Positions 1-12,180 of a stretch of 64,000 nt of DNA are shown here, in pieces (positions within the stretch are counted from its first letter, which is position 1; every line of letters starts with the position of its first letter). A program made the translations under genes and the position numbers. Below the pieces are notes generated by a model. That model saw only the letters and a program-made list of their open reading frames with translations, was not told where the DNA came from and ran no database searches. The DNA comes from Rebecca billardiae RCC1528 (lineage: Eukaryota; Protista; Haptophyta), in NCBI GenBank assembly GCA_965240325.2, contig OZ251233.1:1116001-1180000 (forward strand), given 5' to 3'.

Positions 1-123
1 CCTGCCTGCGCGACCGCGAGACTCATTCACACTTCACACAATCACAGCAGCGGACCTGAGACCGCACCCGGCACCGGTCGTCAAATCGGACGTCCGTCTG
101 ACAACTAGCTGCCAAATGTCCAA

Positions 124-257
124 CTGGCTGATCAGCTCGGATCCGACCCGTCCGCGATCGTGCCATCGGCATCGGAATTACTACTAGTAGCTGCCAAACT
201 GTTACTGTGTCCAACTCTGGCTGATCAGCTCGGATCCGACCCGTCCGCGATCGTGCC
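124..257. repeat. 41-bp direct repeat (124-164 and 217-257)
   Basis: CTGGCTGATCAGCTCGGATCCGACCCGTCCGCGATCGTGCC occurs twice, each copy preceded by TAGCTGCCAAA...GTCCAAC, in apparently non-coding sequence. Confidence 0.85.
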
Positions 258-1377
258 GAGTGAGTCGTGCCGCGGAGCTCGGAGTACTGAAGGAGTCGGG
301 TGTGACAGCAGGGTGCTTTAGCGCTGCGGCCCGTGCCAGCCAACGACCAGACGTACTCTGGCCACTTGACCCGTTGCACGGGTGAGTGACCGTACGCCCT
401 GCCTAGTGCCTACCGCGCGCGCCGCGCGACCGGCGACTCGGGGTGATGGAGAGCGGATGGCGACAGCAGCAGCAGTCCTCATGAAGACGATGAAACTGGC
501 GGCACGGGTGCACGAGGTGGCAGGCGAAAGCGCGCCGACGAGACCGCATTTGACACACCTGAGCCGCACGCGCGTGCCGTCACGCCGAGCGGCGAGCGCT
601 GCAAACGCGCAACCGTACCGCGCGCGCCACGACGGCGCGGCACTAGCTGATGCAGGCCGTACTGCCGGCACTGCTTCTGCGATCATGCGCCACGGTCGCA
701 GCTGACTGCGTGAGCAGCAAGCGGGAGGCGGGTCCGGAGGCACGTGCAGGCGCCGTCCCGCATATCCGCCGCATCGCCCATCGTGCCGGGGCACGTCACC
801 TCCGACGATCCGGATGTGGCCCAGTCCGGACGTCACGCGATCCGGGAAGACGAGTACGATTCGCTCGTAACGAACCGTTACACTAATGTCACGTCCAGCT
901 GACGTCCAGATCGCACTTTACTTAAGGGAATCAGCTGGGCGCGGTTTTTTTTGGCCTGATAGACCTCTCAATGCGATCTCAAAAACTCGAAACTCGGTCT
1001 CCGCCAGCCCTAAAAATCGCCCCCCGTCCCTTTTTTTCCGCCGCCCCCCGTCCCTTTTTTCTTGATCAAAGATCTTTTTGAAACGTGGTTCGGGCCCGCT
1101 GGTGCGGGCTCCACGCTGCGCGCTCCGCCCTGCACCGCGGGCCACGATAGTGTCAGCCGGCGTCGGACGTATATTGATATTGCGATACTGTACGTAGTAG
1201 CGGTAGCTAGTACAGTTTATTTACTCAGTTTATACTGGCACGCAGTCAGGCTCAGGGCCCCGCTGGGCGCGGCCCAAAGCGTCTTTCAAAGCGGTATATC
1301 GTTTAGTTTGACCGGGTCAGACTTTGGCGCAGCTGCAGCCCTCTCAGGCGGCAAGCTGGGAAGCCGTCCGACCAGCC

Positions 1378-2220
1378 TCAACCGGCCGTCGCGGCGGCGC
1401 GAGCGCTGGCACTGGCAGTGCCCCCGACACTGCCCTCGCCGCCGGCTCGGGCACGTCTCAGATCGATGCCGGTGAGCTCGGCGTGCGCATCCAGCTGCCG
1501 CTCGAAGAGCTCCTGGATGCGCGCGTAGATGGCGAGGTCGGCCGCCAGGTGCGCGCGCACCGCCGTCGAGTTGGCCGCGCGCGCGCGTAGCTCGGCGGCG
1601 CGCCCGGCCCAGCGCTCCGAGCCGTGCGTGACACGCTGGCCGGCGGCGCCGGTCGGCGCGCTGACGAACTCGTCGAAGCCGAGCGCCTCGCGGAACAGCG
1701 CCATCGACTCGCCCCACCGCTCCGTCAGGCCAAGCACGGCGAACATGCTCGGCAGCTCCTCCAGCAGCGCGCCGAGCGCCGAGCGGCCGGCGGCCGTGTC
1801 GGCGCGGTCGAGCCCTCTGAGCGCGCGCTGCAGCGTGAGCCACTTGCCGAGGTCGTGGCACGTGTGCGTGCGCTTGCACAGCGCGGCCTTCTGGAACGCG
1901 TACCACGGCCGCTCGACGGGCGGCACGCCGTGCTGTGCCAGCAGCCGCGCGAACGCCGGCATCGAGGGCACGAGCAGCTGACGAAACAGGAAGTTGCCCC
2001 AGTGCGCCGCCCACTGCTCGAGCGAGAGCCGCGCGGGCACCACGTGCGCCGAGCCACACAGCTGGTCATACGGCCAGGCCTGGCAGAAGGTGTACGCGGA
2101 GACGAGCCGCGAGATGGGCTCGCGGAACACGGCGAAGAAGGACGGACGCCGCCCCGTCGACGCGCACGTGTCGTTCGCGCGCGTGAAGCCGATGACGGTC
2201 GACGAGGCGACAGCGCCGGG

Positions 2221-2262
<42 letters not shown>

Positions 2263-3015
2263 TGAGGCCGCGTGGCCGAGCGCGTCGAGCACGCGCTTGA
2301 CCGAGGTGCCGCCGGACTTCTCGAGGTGCAGGAAGCGCACGCAGTTCCGCGCGTACACCCGCCGCCGCGCCTCGCGCGCCGGCGCCGCGCCCGCCCTGGC
2401 CGCGCCGCCAGCACTCGGCAGCGCCGGCTCGGCGGGCGCCGCCGGCCGCAAGTAATAATTGGAAAGGCCACCCAGGGAGCTGCCCTCGAAGCGCACGTCC
2501 GCACGCTCGACGGCGGCGGGCTGCCAGCCGTCGGGCGGTCGGGCCGGGTCGATGGGCATCAGCGCGCGCAGGTCAGTGAGCAGGTTGGCCCGCCTGTGCT
2601 CCGCGAGCCGCCCGCCATCGAACCCGCCGTCGCGCCAGCCGCTGCGCTCGAGCGCGCGCGCGAGGCCGCCGGCGAGGGTCGTGTTGGCTCGCGCCGCGTC
2701 GACGCAGGCGGGCACGACGCGCGTGAGCCCTGCAGCGAGCTGCACGTCGAACGCGTCCTTTGGCGGATCGTACCCGTTCCAGGCCGTCGTCGCCTCCACG
2801 ATGGCGCTGAAGAGCACGGCCGGCACGTCGCTCACGCTCGCGGGCGCCGCCGTTGCTGCTGCCGGGGGGGCGGGGCGCGGCGAGAGCGCGGGCGGCACGG
2901 CGGGCTTGCTGGCGAAGCGGAGCGCGGGCGATGCAGCCAAGCCGACGAGCAGCGCGAGCGTAACCGCCAGCGCGCAAGCACGCCGCCTCGGCGCACGCAC
3001 GTGCGATGGTCTCAT
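1378..3015 (-). CDS. Membrane-anchored (Golgi-type) carbohydrate sulfotransferase-family protein
   Basis: N-terminal hydrophobic anchor; 5'-PSB motif FLHLEKSGGTS; 3'-PB motif FAVFREPISRLVSAY; C-terminal LGLTERWGESM and ADLAIY motifs; poly-Gly insert from a GGC repeat at about 2223-2260. Confidence 0.8.
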
Positions 3016-3178
3016 CTGCCAACCAGCGCCGGCGCCATGATTGTGTCTTCACTGTCTCTTACCGGTAGTGTCTTCCGCTGAAGGCCGGCGGTTGCACCGG
3101 ACCCGCGGCCGGCCGGCGGGGCCGGATATTTCAAACGTGTTGGACGTGCCCCGGCCGGGACCACTGCTTGTGCATCCG

Positions 3179-6100
3179 ATGCCAGCCGTGGGCACCCCGG
3201 TCGCCGTCCTCTCGCGGCGGCTCTACCCGACCCCGCCGTCGTCGGCGACGACGACGCGCGGCTCTCGTCGCTCAGACACCTCCGTCGCGCCGCGCAGCCC
3301 AGCCAACGCCGGCCGCGCGCGCAAGGACTTGCACGAGGAGCTGGCGGATGCGCGCATCTCGCGCGCAGCCGCCGAGGCTGCGCTGCTCTCGGCACAGGAG
3401 GAGGCGACACGCGCGCACGCCGAGGCCGAGGCGGAGCGCGCGCGCACGCTGCACATCGCCAAGCAGCTCGACGAGGTCCGCCGCCAGCTCGGCGCGAGCG
3501 AGCTCGCGCGCACGCGCGCCGACGAGCGATCAGACCGACTTGCTCACGAGACGCGCGCGCTGAGCGCGCAGCTGACCGAGGCGCTCTCGGCCGCCGATCA
3601 GCGCGCGCGCGAGCTGAGCGCATCGCGCGAGGCGTGTACCACGCTGCAGCACTCGCTCGTGCGCGCGCGCGCGCAGGCGCGCGAGCTCCGGCTGGGCGCA
3701 CGCGCGCAGCGTGACGTGGCGCGCTCGGCGCGCCAGCCGCGAACGCTCTCCGCGGGTGTGCGCGTGGCGCTGTGCGTGCCCTCGGCGGACGGGCTGCTAG
3801 GCGAGTCGGGCGAGCTGTGCGTGACCGGCTGCACGCACGCCTTCATGTGGACCACCGTCGACACGCGCACGCTCCTCGTCGCGCACTCGAGCGCGCAGCG
3901 GCCGCACACATCGCTCGCGCTCGGCGCGGTGAGCGCCCTCAGTGAAGTCTCCGCCGACTCGCGCGTGCGCGCCAGGCTGGCCGCGGCCGGCGGCGTGCCC
4001 GGCCTCTGCTTCGCGCTGCACTTCGGCTCGCGCCGCGGCTCGTCCTCGTGGCTGGCCTTCGCGCCGCTCGCCGACGACGCCCCCTCCGGCGCCGGCGCCG
4101 GCGGCGGAGGCGCGCTCTCGCCTTGCTGGCACTGGATGCATTCGCTGGCAGGCGCGCTTCGGGAGGCGGGGCTGCCGCCGCACGCCGTGGCGAGCCGGGC
4201 GCCGCGGCTGCTCTGGGCGCGCGCGCGCGCCGCGCTCGAGCGCCGCGCCGCCGAGCTCCGCGTCGGCCGCGCGCCCGTGCTGCTCTGCGCGCGCGCCGCC
4301 GCGGCCGCGGCCCTCAGGCGCGCGGACGAGCGTCGCGCGGACGCCGAGGCGCTGCGCGCGCACAAGAGCGCCGAGGTGATGTCGCTCTTCCTCGACGTGC
4401 TCAACTTTCAGCTGCGCGAGGGGTCGGAGCTCGCGCCCGTCACCTTCTGGGCGCAGGCCGTGCCGAGCCTGCGCCGCGCCCTCGAGGACGACGCCCTCGC
4501 CGCGGCGTGCACAGCGCGGCGCGACGCGGCGCACACGCGCCGGCTGCTGCAAAACGCGGTGCACGAGTTCGAACCGGCGCCCGCGGCGCGCGACGCGCTC
4601 GACTGGGCGTGGCGCGCGGGGCTCGAGGGCGGCGGGCTGCCCACGCCCGTGCTGCGCTCGGCCCGCCTGCTCATCTGCAACCGCCGACTCCTCCTCGACC
4701 CCGGGACGTTTCCCGGAAGCGTCGGCGTGCGCGCCTCGCCGGACACAGATGCTCGCGACGGCGACGGCGACGGCGGCGCGCGCGGGACGGAGGCGCGAGC
4801 GGACGGCGCGGAGGAGGGCGGCGCCGCGCCCGCCGAGCCGTGCGCGGCGTGGCTCGTCAGCGCGCAGCTGCAGCCCGCCGTCGATGCGAGCCTACAGCGC
4901 GAGCGCACGGCGCTTGAGCGCGAGCGGCGCGCGCGCGACGCGTCGGCCGCGCGCGCCTCCGGGCGGGTCGACGGCTCGGCCGCCGGCGGCGGCGGCGGCG
5001 CCCAGGGGAACGCGGCCGCGGCCGCCGAGCGCGCGCGCGTCGTGCGGATGCGGGACGAGATCAACTACCGGCTCTCGCGGCTGCAGCTGCCGCGCGCCTC
5101 GGCGCGCTGCGAGGCCGCGCTCGGCGCGTGGCGCCGCGCGCTCGCACCGCCGCCGAGCGCGCAGCTGTGTGCGCGCGTGCAGCTTGACGCCGCGCCCTCG
5201 GCGCCGCGGCTGCTCGTCGTGCCCGCCGGCGCGGAGCTCGAGCTGTGGACGGCGGCGTGCGCGTGCGACGTGGCGATCGCGGGCGCGCACGAGGCGAGGG
5301 TGCTGCCGGGCGAGCCGTGGCGCGCGCTCACGCCGCAGCACGGCGCGCGCGCGTCCATGCGTCTCGCGCTGGTTGTGCCAGGCGCGCTCACCGCCGCGGG
5401 TGCCACCGCCGCGCCGGCCGGCGACGCGCGCGCCGACGGCGCTCAGAGCGCGGCCGAGGCAGAGGGGACGCTGGTCGTGGAGGCGCCCGCGTGGTCGCGC
5501 TCGCACCGCGGCGGCGCGTGCGCCGCGCACACGCCGGTGCCGCGCGCGCAGCTCGACGCTGCACTCCGCAGGTTTGGCCGCGCTGCGTTTCTTCAGGCGC
5601 CGCTGGCGGATGCGGCCTATGAGGCGAAGCTTCGGAGCGCGGAGCGCGAGGCGCAGCTCGCGGCGCACGGGCTGCGCGGTCGCGTGGGCTACGAGCCTGC
5701 CGGCGTGGCCGCGGGGCCCGAGGCCGCCGCGCCCGGCGCGCCGCGGCTGCTGCAGCTGCGGCCTGCCGCCGCGCGCACGGATGGGACGCGCGCCGCTGCG
5801 CCGCCGCCGCCGGCCGACGGCGCCCGCTGGAGCGGCCGTGGCGACTCGCCGCCGCCCATCACGCTCGGCCGGAAGGCCGTGCCGCCGGGCGGCGGCGCGC
5901 CGACTCTGCCGCGCTCGGCAGCGGTGCCCGCACGGCCGGCGTGCGCACTCGCAGCCGACGCGCGCGCGCCCGCGCCCGCGCCCTCGTGCTCGCCGCACGT
6001 GCAACCGCAGCCGCAGCCGCAGCCGCCGCCGCCAATTTCGGTCGGAGGGCAGAGCCCAGAGCAGTCGGGCACGCCGTCCGCCGGCGTCGGTGGGCTCGGC

Positions 6101-8155
6101 GCCGCCCTCCGGCCCGGGGGCGCCACGCCTCTCTCGGCCGCGACCACGTGCGTGCCATCCTCTGCGGCGAGCGCGTCGTCCACTGCCAAGAGCGCGACGG
6201 ACTCGCCCGCGGCGCCGGCTGAGCCTGCGCCCGCGCTGCCGCCGCCGTCTCCCGCGGTCTCGGCGCGCGGCGGGGCGGGGCGCGAGGCGGCGGTGGCTGC
6301 TGGCGCGACGCCGCCCTCCGCCACCGCGAGCGAACGCACGCCGCAGCCGCCGCGCAGCCGGCTGGCGCTCTCCGCGCAGCTCGAGATACTTCTCGGAAAC
6401 TACGTGCGCGCGGCCGCGGAGGCGGTGGGGTGCGCCTCCAGACTCGTCGAGAGTCACGCGGCCGAGCGCGCCGGGCAGCAGGGCAGGGGTGCGCGGGCGG
6501 GGCCGGAGCCGGGCGCCGCCGCCTTGCCGCGCACGCCGCGCACGCCTGCGGGCGGCGGCGCGCGCGCGCGGCACGCGCGCACACTCGGCGACGCCGCGGC
6601 GCGCGTGCGCGCCGCCGCTGACAAGCTACCTTGCCCCGAGCGACCGAGCGTGAAGCGAGCCATCGCGGCGCTGGTCGCACTGCCGTCGAGCGCGCGGGCC
6701 GCGGCGGCGCGCGGCGACGGCGCCGCGCCCGCCGACGAGGCGCTCGGTGGCGTGCGCTCACAGCTGCAGCGCGCGCGCACCTACGCGGCGCGCGCGTGCG
6801 CGGCGGCCGTGCTCGAGGTGCGTGAGAATGCGAGGCAGCGTGCTCGAGCGCGCGCGCGTGCGCCGAGCGCCGGGCACGCGCGTGCGTGGCGTGCGACCGC
6901 TTCGTGAGCGGTGTGCGGTGCGGCGTGCTCGGCTGCGCGTGCGCGCGGCGGCGGCGCCGTTCGCGCGCGCGTGCGCGCTCACGCCGCGCACCCGTTCGCG
7001 CGCGCACGCCGCCCCGCAGGCGGAGGTTCTCGCCGAGGCGCTGGGCACGCTGGAGGAAATGAGCAGCGCGGCCGCAGGCACCCCGGGCGGTGCGCGCGCA
7101 GTGCGCACGCGCGCGCGCCGGCTGCGCCGCCCGCTGCTCAGCTCGGTGTGGGCGCTGCTGGACGAGGTGCTCGTCGAGGAGGGCGGCGCGCCCGCGCCCG
7201 CCGCCGCGGCGCGCGGCGGCGAGCGCGTGCGCGCGGCAGACGGTCTGATCGCTCGGCTTGACGGCGTGTTACGAGCGGTGCGTTGGCGTTGGCGTTGGCG
7301 CGCGCGCGCGCCGCCTCTGCCCTGCGCGCGCGCCCGAACCGCGCCCCGCGCTGCGGTGCGGCTGTGCGGCTGTGTGGCAAGACACGGCTCGCGGTTGCAG
7401 CGTGTCAGGGCGCTGACTTAGATTCGTACCCGCCCGCCCGCGCGCGGCGCACCGCCCGGCAGGCCCAGGACGAGGGTGCGTCCCGCCACGCGCGCGTGCA
7501 GCAGCAGCAGTCGGGCGCGGCCGTCGCAGCCGCGCTGCCCCAGCCCCTGAGCCCGGCATCCCAGCTGCCGTACCACGCGGCGACGAGCCGCGCGCCCGCT
7601 GTGCCGGCGGCTCCGCCCGGCTCGCAGCTGGCGCCACTCGCTACGCCGCAGCGCGCGGCCGCGCCGCCAGCCACCCGTCAGCCCGGGCCGGGCGTCGCGC
7701 CGCACAGCTCGCCGCGCACGCGCGCGGCGCGGCAGCGGCTCAACGAGAGCCTCGACCGGCAGAAGGGTGAGCTGCTGCGCCGGCGCGAGGAGCGGCGGCG
7801 GCGGCAGTCGATGGGTCCGGCGGAGGGGCTCGCGGTGCGCGGCGCCCGGCGGCGCCAGTCCCTCGAGCCAGCGCTGCTGGGCGAGCCCACGGGCTTCGCC
7901 GAGAGCGGCAGCCTCGAAGCCGATGAGGCGGACGGCTGCGGCGGCGCGCCGCCAGCCGGCGCGCACCGGCGCCAGACGCTCGGCGCTGTGGACGCCAACG
8001 CACTCCACGCGTACCGCCGCCGCATTGGCTTGGACTGCCTGCCGACGCGTGAGAGGCAGCTGCCAGAGGAGGACGATGGTGATGGCGGGCATCATCGCAT
8101 TGCTGTCGACGATGCTCTTGCCGTCCCGCACGGCGTGAGGCCACCACCGCAGTGA
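3179..8155 (+). CDS. Large hypothetical protein with N-terminal coiled coil and low-complexity regions; 3 predicted exons (3179-6817, 7020-7277, 7463-8155)
   Basis: Long ORF with an N-terminal coiled coil. GT-AG introns 6818-7019 and 7278-7462 join three ORF-track frames in phase. Start ATG 3179 is inferred. Confidence 0.6.
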
Positions 8156-8965
8156 CGATCGTCATCGTGTCCGTGATCGTCCTCATCGTGACGTACTGCC
8201 TTGGGCCGAGATTGATGTCGGAGCACATCAAGTCAGGGATGAGGCCAATGCCGCGGCACAATCACACAGCAGCTGAACAGCCTGAACACCCGCCGCCACT
8301 GGACCACGTGCACGCGCGGCTACTTAGTATACTTCGCGCGCGAGTGGCACTACTCGGCGACACTCCGCACTGATGCACACGCTCACGCAGTTCATATCAC
8401 TCGCGTCACGCTCCGGCGGCTCCGGGACTCGCCACTCGGGCTCCGCGTCACTGCCGACCGCATACCGGGCAAGTCAAAGTGACTACAGTCAGTAGTCACG
8501 ACAGTGCTCGGTCCCGGGCCAGTCGTCGGCCCTACTACGGCCTACTGTACTAGCTACGGTACGACGGGCGACTGCTTGAATCAGCGCGCATCACGAACTA
8601 TAGCGCAGTACGAGCTCGTAGTAATGCTGCTGCTGAGACTAGTACTGTTAGTACTAGTAGTCTGGGCTGCGGCTCGATCTGCGCCGTGGGAGACGCGTGA
8701 CGTAGCGGCGTGAGCCGGCGGCTGCCAGTCGCCTGCGCGCGGGCCCGAACGGCCCGAGCAATGCCCCCGCCGGTGTCACCGTCCCAGGTGATGGCGTCTG
8801 ATCCGCCACGACGGGCCGGTCCAAGGGCATACCGAACGAGGCTCGATGAGATGATGTGCTTTCGCGACGGTCGAAGCGTCGTTGATCGTTCTGCTCGAGT
8901 GATGTCCACTGCCTCGCCGAGCGGTGGTGGTCCGGACGCCACGGGCGCGAGCTGGTCGGGCGCGA

Positions 8966-9649
8966 CTAGGCGGCGCCGCTGAGAGAGTCGGCGAGCTCGC
9001 CCTCCTCCGCGAGCTCCTTCACCACGTCCAGCCCCCCGACCAGCTTGCCGTGCGCGTACAGCTGCGGGTAGGTCGGCCAGTTGGAGAACGTCTTGAGGCC
9101 CTGCCGCACCTCCTCGTCCGAGAGGATGTCGAACGAGCCAAACTCGACGGCCTGCGCGCGCAGCAGCTCGACGATCTGCCGGCTGAAGCCGCAGCGCGGC
9201 GCGTCCGGCGAGCCCTTCATGAAGAGCATCGTCGGGCTCGACTCGATCAGGCCCTTCAGCCGCTCGTCGAGCGTCTGCGGCTTGCCGCCCGCCGCCGCGC
9301 CTGCCGCCGGCACGCCCGCCTCGGCGCCGACAACCCTGCCGACGAGCGCGACGAGCTCGGGCGCGTTCGCGCCGACGAGGCGATCCGTCGGCGCTCCCGA
9401 CTTGAGCACGACGAACGTCGGCACCGTCTCCACCTGCAGCCGCTCCGCGACCGCCTCCGCCTCCTCCGACTCCACCTGCACGAACGCGACGCCGGCGCGC
9501 GCGCCGTGCTCCCCGGCCAGGCGGGCGAAGACCTCGTCCATCTGCACGCATGGCTCCGCCCACGACGCGCGGAAGTTGCACACGCACACATCCTTGCCCG
9601 CGGTCGCCGCGTCGAACGCGTCGGCGGATGCCACGCTGACGACGCCCAT
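8966..9649 (-). CDS. GLRX3: Monothiol glutaredoxin, Trx + Grx (GLRX3/PICOT, yeast Grx3/4 type)
   Basis: Trx-like domain with WAEPC, followed by a Grx domain with LFMKGSPDAPRCGFS, NWPTYPQLY and GGLD. Confidence 0.93.
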   Translation of the reverse strand: MGVVSVASADAFDAATAGKDVCVCNFRASWAEPCVQMDEVFARLAGEHGARAGVAFVQVESEEAEAVAERLQVETVPTFVVLKSGAPTDRLVGANAPELVALVGRVVGAEAGVPAAGAAAGGKPQTLDERLKGLIESSPTMLFMKGSPDAPRCGFSRQIVELLRAQAVEFGSFDILSDEEVRQGLKTFSNWPTYPQLYAHGKLVGGLDVVKELAEEGELADSLSGAA

Positions 9650-9688
9650 GCTGACGCGCGCTGTGCCACGCTTGGCCGCGGCGGCGAG

Positions 9689-10039
9689 CGGCAGCGCTAA
9701 ATCAGCCCGGGCTGATTTAAGCTTATCTCAGCCCGGGCTGATTTAAGCCCTTAAATCAGCCCGGGCTGAGATAAGCTCCGCGCGAGCTTATCTCAGCCCG
9801 GGCTGAGATAAGCGCTTATCTCAGCCCAGCGGCTCGCGACTCGGCCACCGTGGACTCGGAGCGCACGTCGCGCGGTGCGGCCCGCCCGCTCCATGGCTGC
9901 ACGCGCTGCTGTGTCTTCGGTGGCCACAGGGTGAAGTGCGCTGAGTCTAGTGGCGGGCGCCCAGCTCCACCCACCCCCTTCTCCCTGGCCCGCCCCGCCT
10001 GCCCTCGCCCGCATCGGATGCCTTCCTCGCGCATGCAAC
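9689..10039 (+). repeat. Left terminal inverted repeat with palindrome array
   Basis: Begins CGGCAGCGCTAAATCAGCCCGGGCTGATTT. It is the reverse complement of 11830-12180, with no mismatch seen by eye. Confidence 0.93.
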
Positions 10040-11829
10040 GGCCTCAGCCAACGCCATTGTTCCACCATCGATTCCACCATCGACGGTCGCGGGTACTTGT
10101 ACGTCGTGTACTGTACATGTGTGTCATGTGTAATCGCACGCATCTGGCCACGGCCCACGTGCACCTGTCTGCCGTGTGCCGTCGCCCTTGTACCGCGTTG
10201 CCCTTGTACCGTTCGCGCGTTGCGGCATGTGCTTGCCCAGCTTGGCATACTTGCCGGTCACGCTCGACGCTGGATCAGCCAGTCATCGCGATCCCGTCAG
10301 ATCGAAACGGTCCCTTCGCGCGGCGCACTACTCTGCGCGGCGGCTGCCGGTTCATGACCGAGCTTGGACCATCAGCTGACAGCTGTGGTGTGCGGCTCGC
10401 TGCGTCTCAAGCGTGGCAGGCGCTTCGGCAGAGTAATACACTGTCGACGGTCGTGGCGCCGCAGCTGGTGGGCTCACCGGCGCCGTCGCGCTCGCAGCTT
10501 TCGGCGCGCTTGGCGAGCACGCCAAGGTCGCCGCGCGCACCGTGGTCCGCGTGCACACAACGGCCGCCGCGCGCGCCGCAGCCGTCTTGCGCGCCGCAGC
10601 CGGCGAGCGCGCCGCGGCCGGCGAGCGCGCCGCGGCTGCTGAGCGCGCCCGGCCGGCGAGCGCGCCGCGGCCGGCGAGTGCGCCGCGGCTGCTGCGCGCG
10701 CCCGGCCGGTGAGCGCGCCGCGGCTGCCGCGCGCCGCGCGGCTGGCGATTGCGCCGCGGCTGCCACGCGCGCTGCGGCCGGTAAGCGCGCCACGGCGGCA
10801 GACAGCGTAACTCGGCCGTCGCGCCCGGCCGGCGAGCGCGCCGTGGCTGCTGCGCGCGCCGCGGCTGCTGCGCGCGCCGCGGCCGGCGAGCGCGCCGAGG
10901 CCGACCAACGCGCCGCGACCGCCCCGCGCACGGCGACCGAAGGCGAGTCTCGGTGGCGGATAGCGAGCTTGCCGCTGCGGCTAGTGAGCGCGCCGCAACC
11001 GGCGCGGATGGATGGTGCAGCCGGGGCTTGCGCCACCGCGACCGGTGAGCTGGCCGCGCCAGCATGCGTAGGTATTGGCGAGCGCGCCACCGCAACCGGC
11101 GAGCGCGCACCGCACGGGCCACAGATGCCCATTGGTCCAACGCCGCAGGTGCCCATCAAGCCTGGCGCCAACACGTGACAGTTGCGCGATGAGGCTGAGC
11201 GTGCTCGCCGGCCGCTGCGCGCTCACTGGCCGCGGCGGCGCGCTCGCTCGCTATCCGCCACAGACTAGCCTTCGGTCGTCGCGCACGGCCGCGGCGCGCT
11301 GGTCCGCCGCGGCGCGCGCGGCAGCCACGGCGCGCGCGGCAACCGCGGCGCGCGCGGCGGCCACCGCGCGCGTGGCGAATGCGGCGGCCGCTGCGTGCGT
11401 GCGGACCGCGGCGCACACCGCAACCTTAGCTTGCTGTCCGTGCGCACCAGCCCCTGAGCCGCGGCACGCGCTGCGAGCTTGGCGTGCTCGCCGTGCGCGC
11501 CGACAGCTGCGGGCGTGCCGGCGTCGGCGCGCCCACTAGCCGCAGCGCCATGATCGTCCATGGAGCTGCGCCGGTGCCCATGCCTGTGCCGCTGGCACCG
11601 GTACGCCCGCGCGCGGCGGCCGCGGTGGCAACGTTCAGCACATTTTGAACAACGTGCAATGGCAACAGCACACAACCGACTGTAGCGCACGGGCCGTGTT
11701 CACCCGCGTGCGACTACGCGCGGACATGGTCAACTGGCGAACGTCGATGGTGCGTCCATGGTGTTGGCTGCATGCTTCTCATGCGGGCAGCAAGTCCACA
11801 ACTCACACAAGCCGAGTTGCCGCCGTGGA

Positions 11830-12180
11830 GTTGCATGCGCGAGGAAGGCATCCGATGCGGGCGAGGGCAGGCGGGGCGGGCCAGGGAGAAGGGGGTGGGT
11901 GGAGCTGGGCGCCCGCCACTAGACTCAGCGCACTTCACCCTGTGGCCACCGAAGACACAGCAGCGCGTGCAGCCATGGAGCGGGCGGGCCGCACCGCGCG
12001 ACGTGCGCTCCGAGTCCACGGTGGCCGAGTCGCGAGCCGCTGGGCTGAGATAAGCGCTTATCTCAGCCCGGGCTGAGATAAGCTCGCGCGGAGCTTATCT
12101 CAGCCCGGGCTGATTTAAGGGCTTAAATCAGCCCGGGCTGAGATAAGCTTAAATCAGCCCGGGCTGATTTAGCGCTGCCG
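11830..12180 (-). repeat. Right terminal inverted repeat with palindrome array
   Basis: Ends AAATCAGCCCGGGCTGATTTAGCGCTGCCG. It is the reverse complement of 9689-10039. Confidence 0.93.

Larger units (their letters stand above)
9689..12180. mobile_element. Non-autonomous long-TIR DNA transposon (Mutator/MULE- or foldback-like), 2,492 bp
   Basis: 351-bp TIRs (9689-10039 and 11830-12180) flanked by the 9-bp direct repeat GGCGGCGAG (9680-9688 and 12181-12189). No transposase was recognised inside. Confidence 0.9.

Noticed and set aside
9680-9691. 12-bp TSD reading (GGCGGCGAGCGG) for the foldback element
   Set aside because: It would make the termini asymmetric. The 9-bp TSD abuts both TIR ends exactly, and the extra 3 bp match is attributable to chance in GC-rich DNA.
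9850-12076. ORFs inside the foldback element as a transposase
   Set aside because: They are low-complexity Ala/Arg translations with no DDE or zinc-finger motifs; the mirrored ORFs simply reflect the TIRs.
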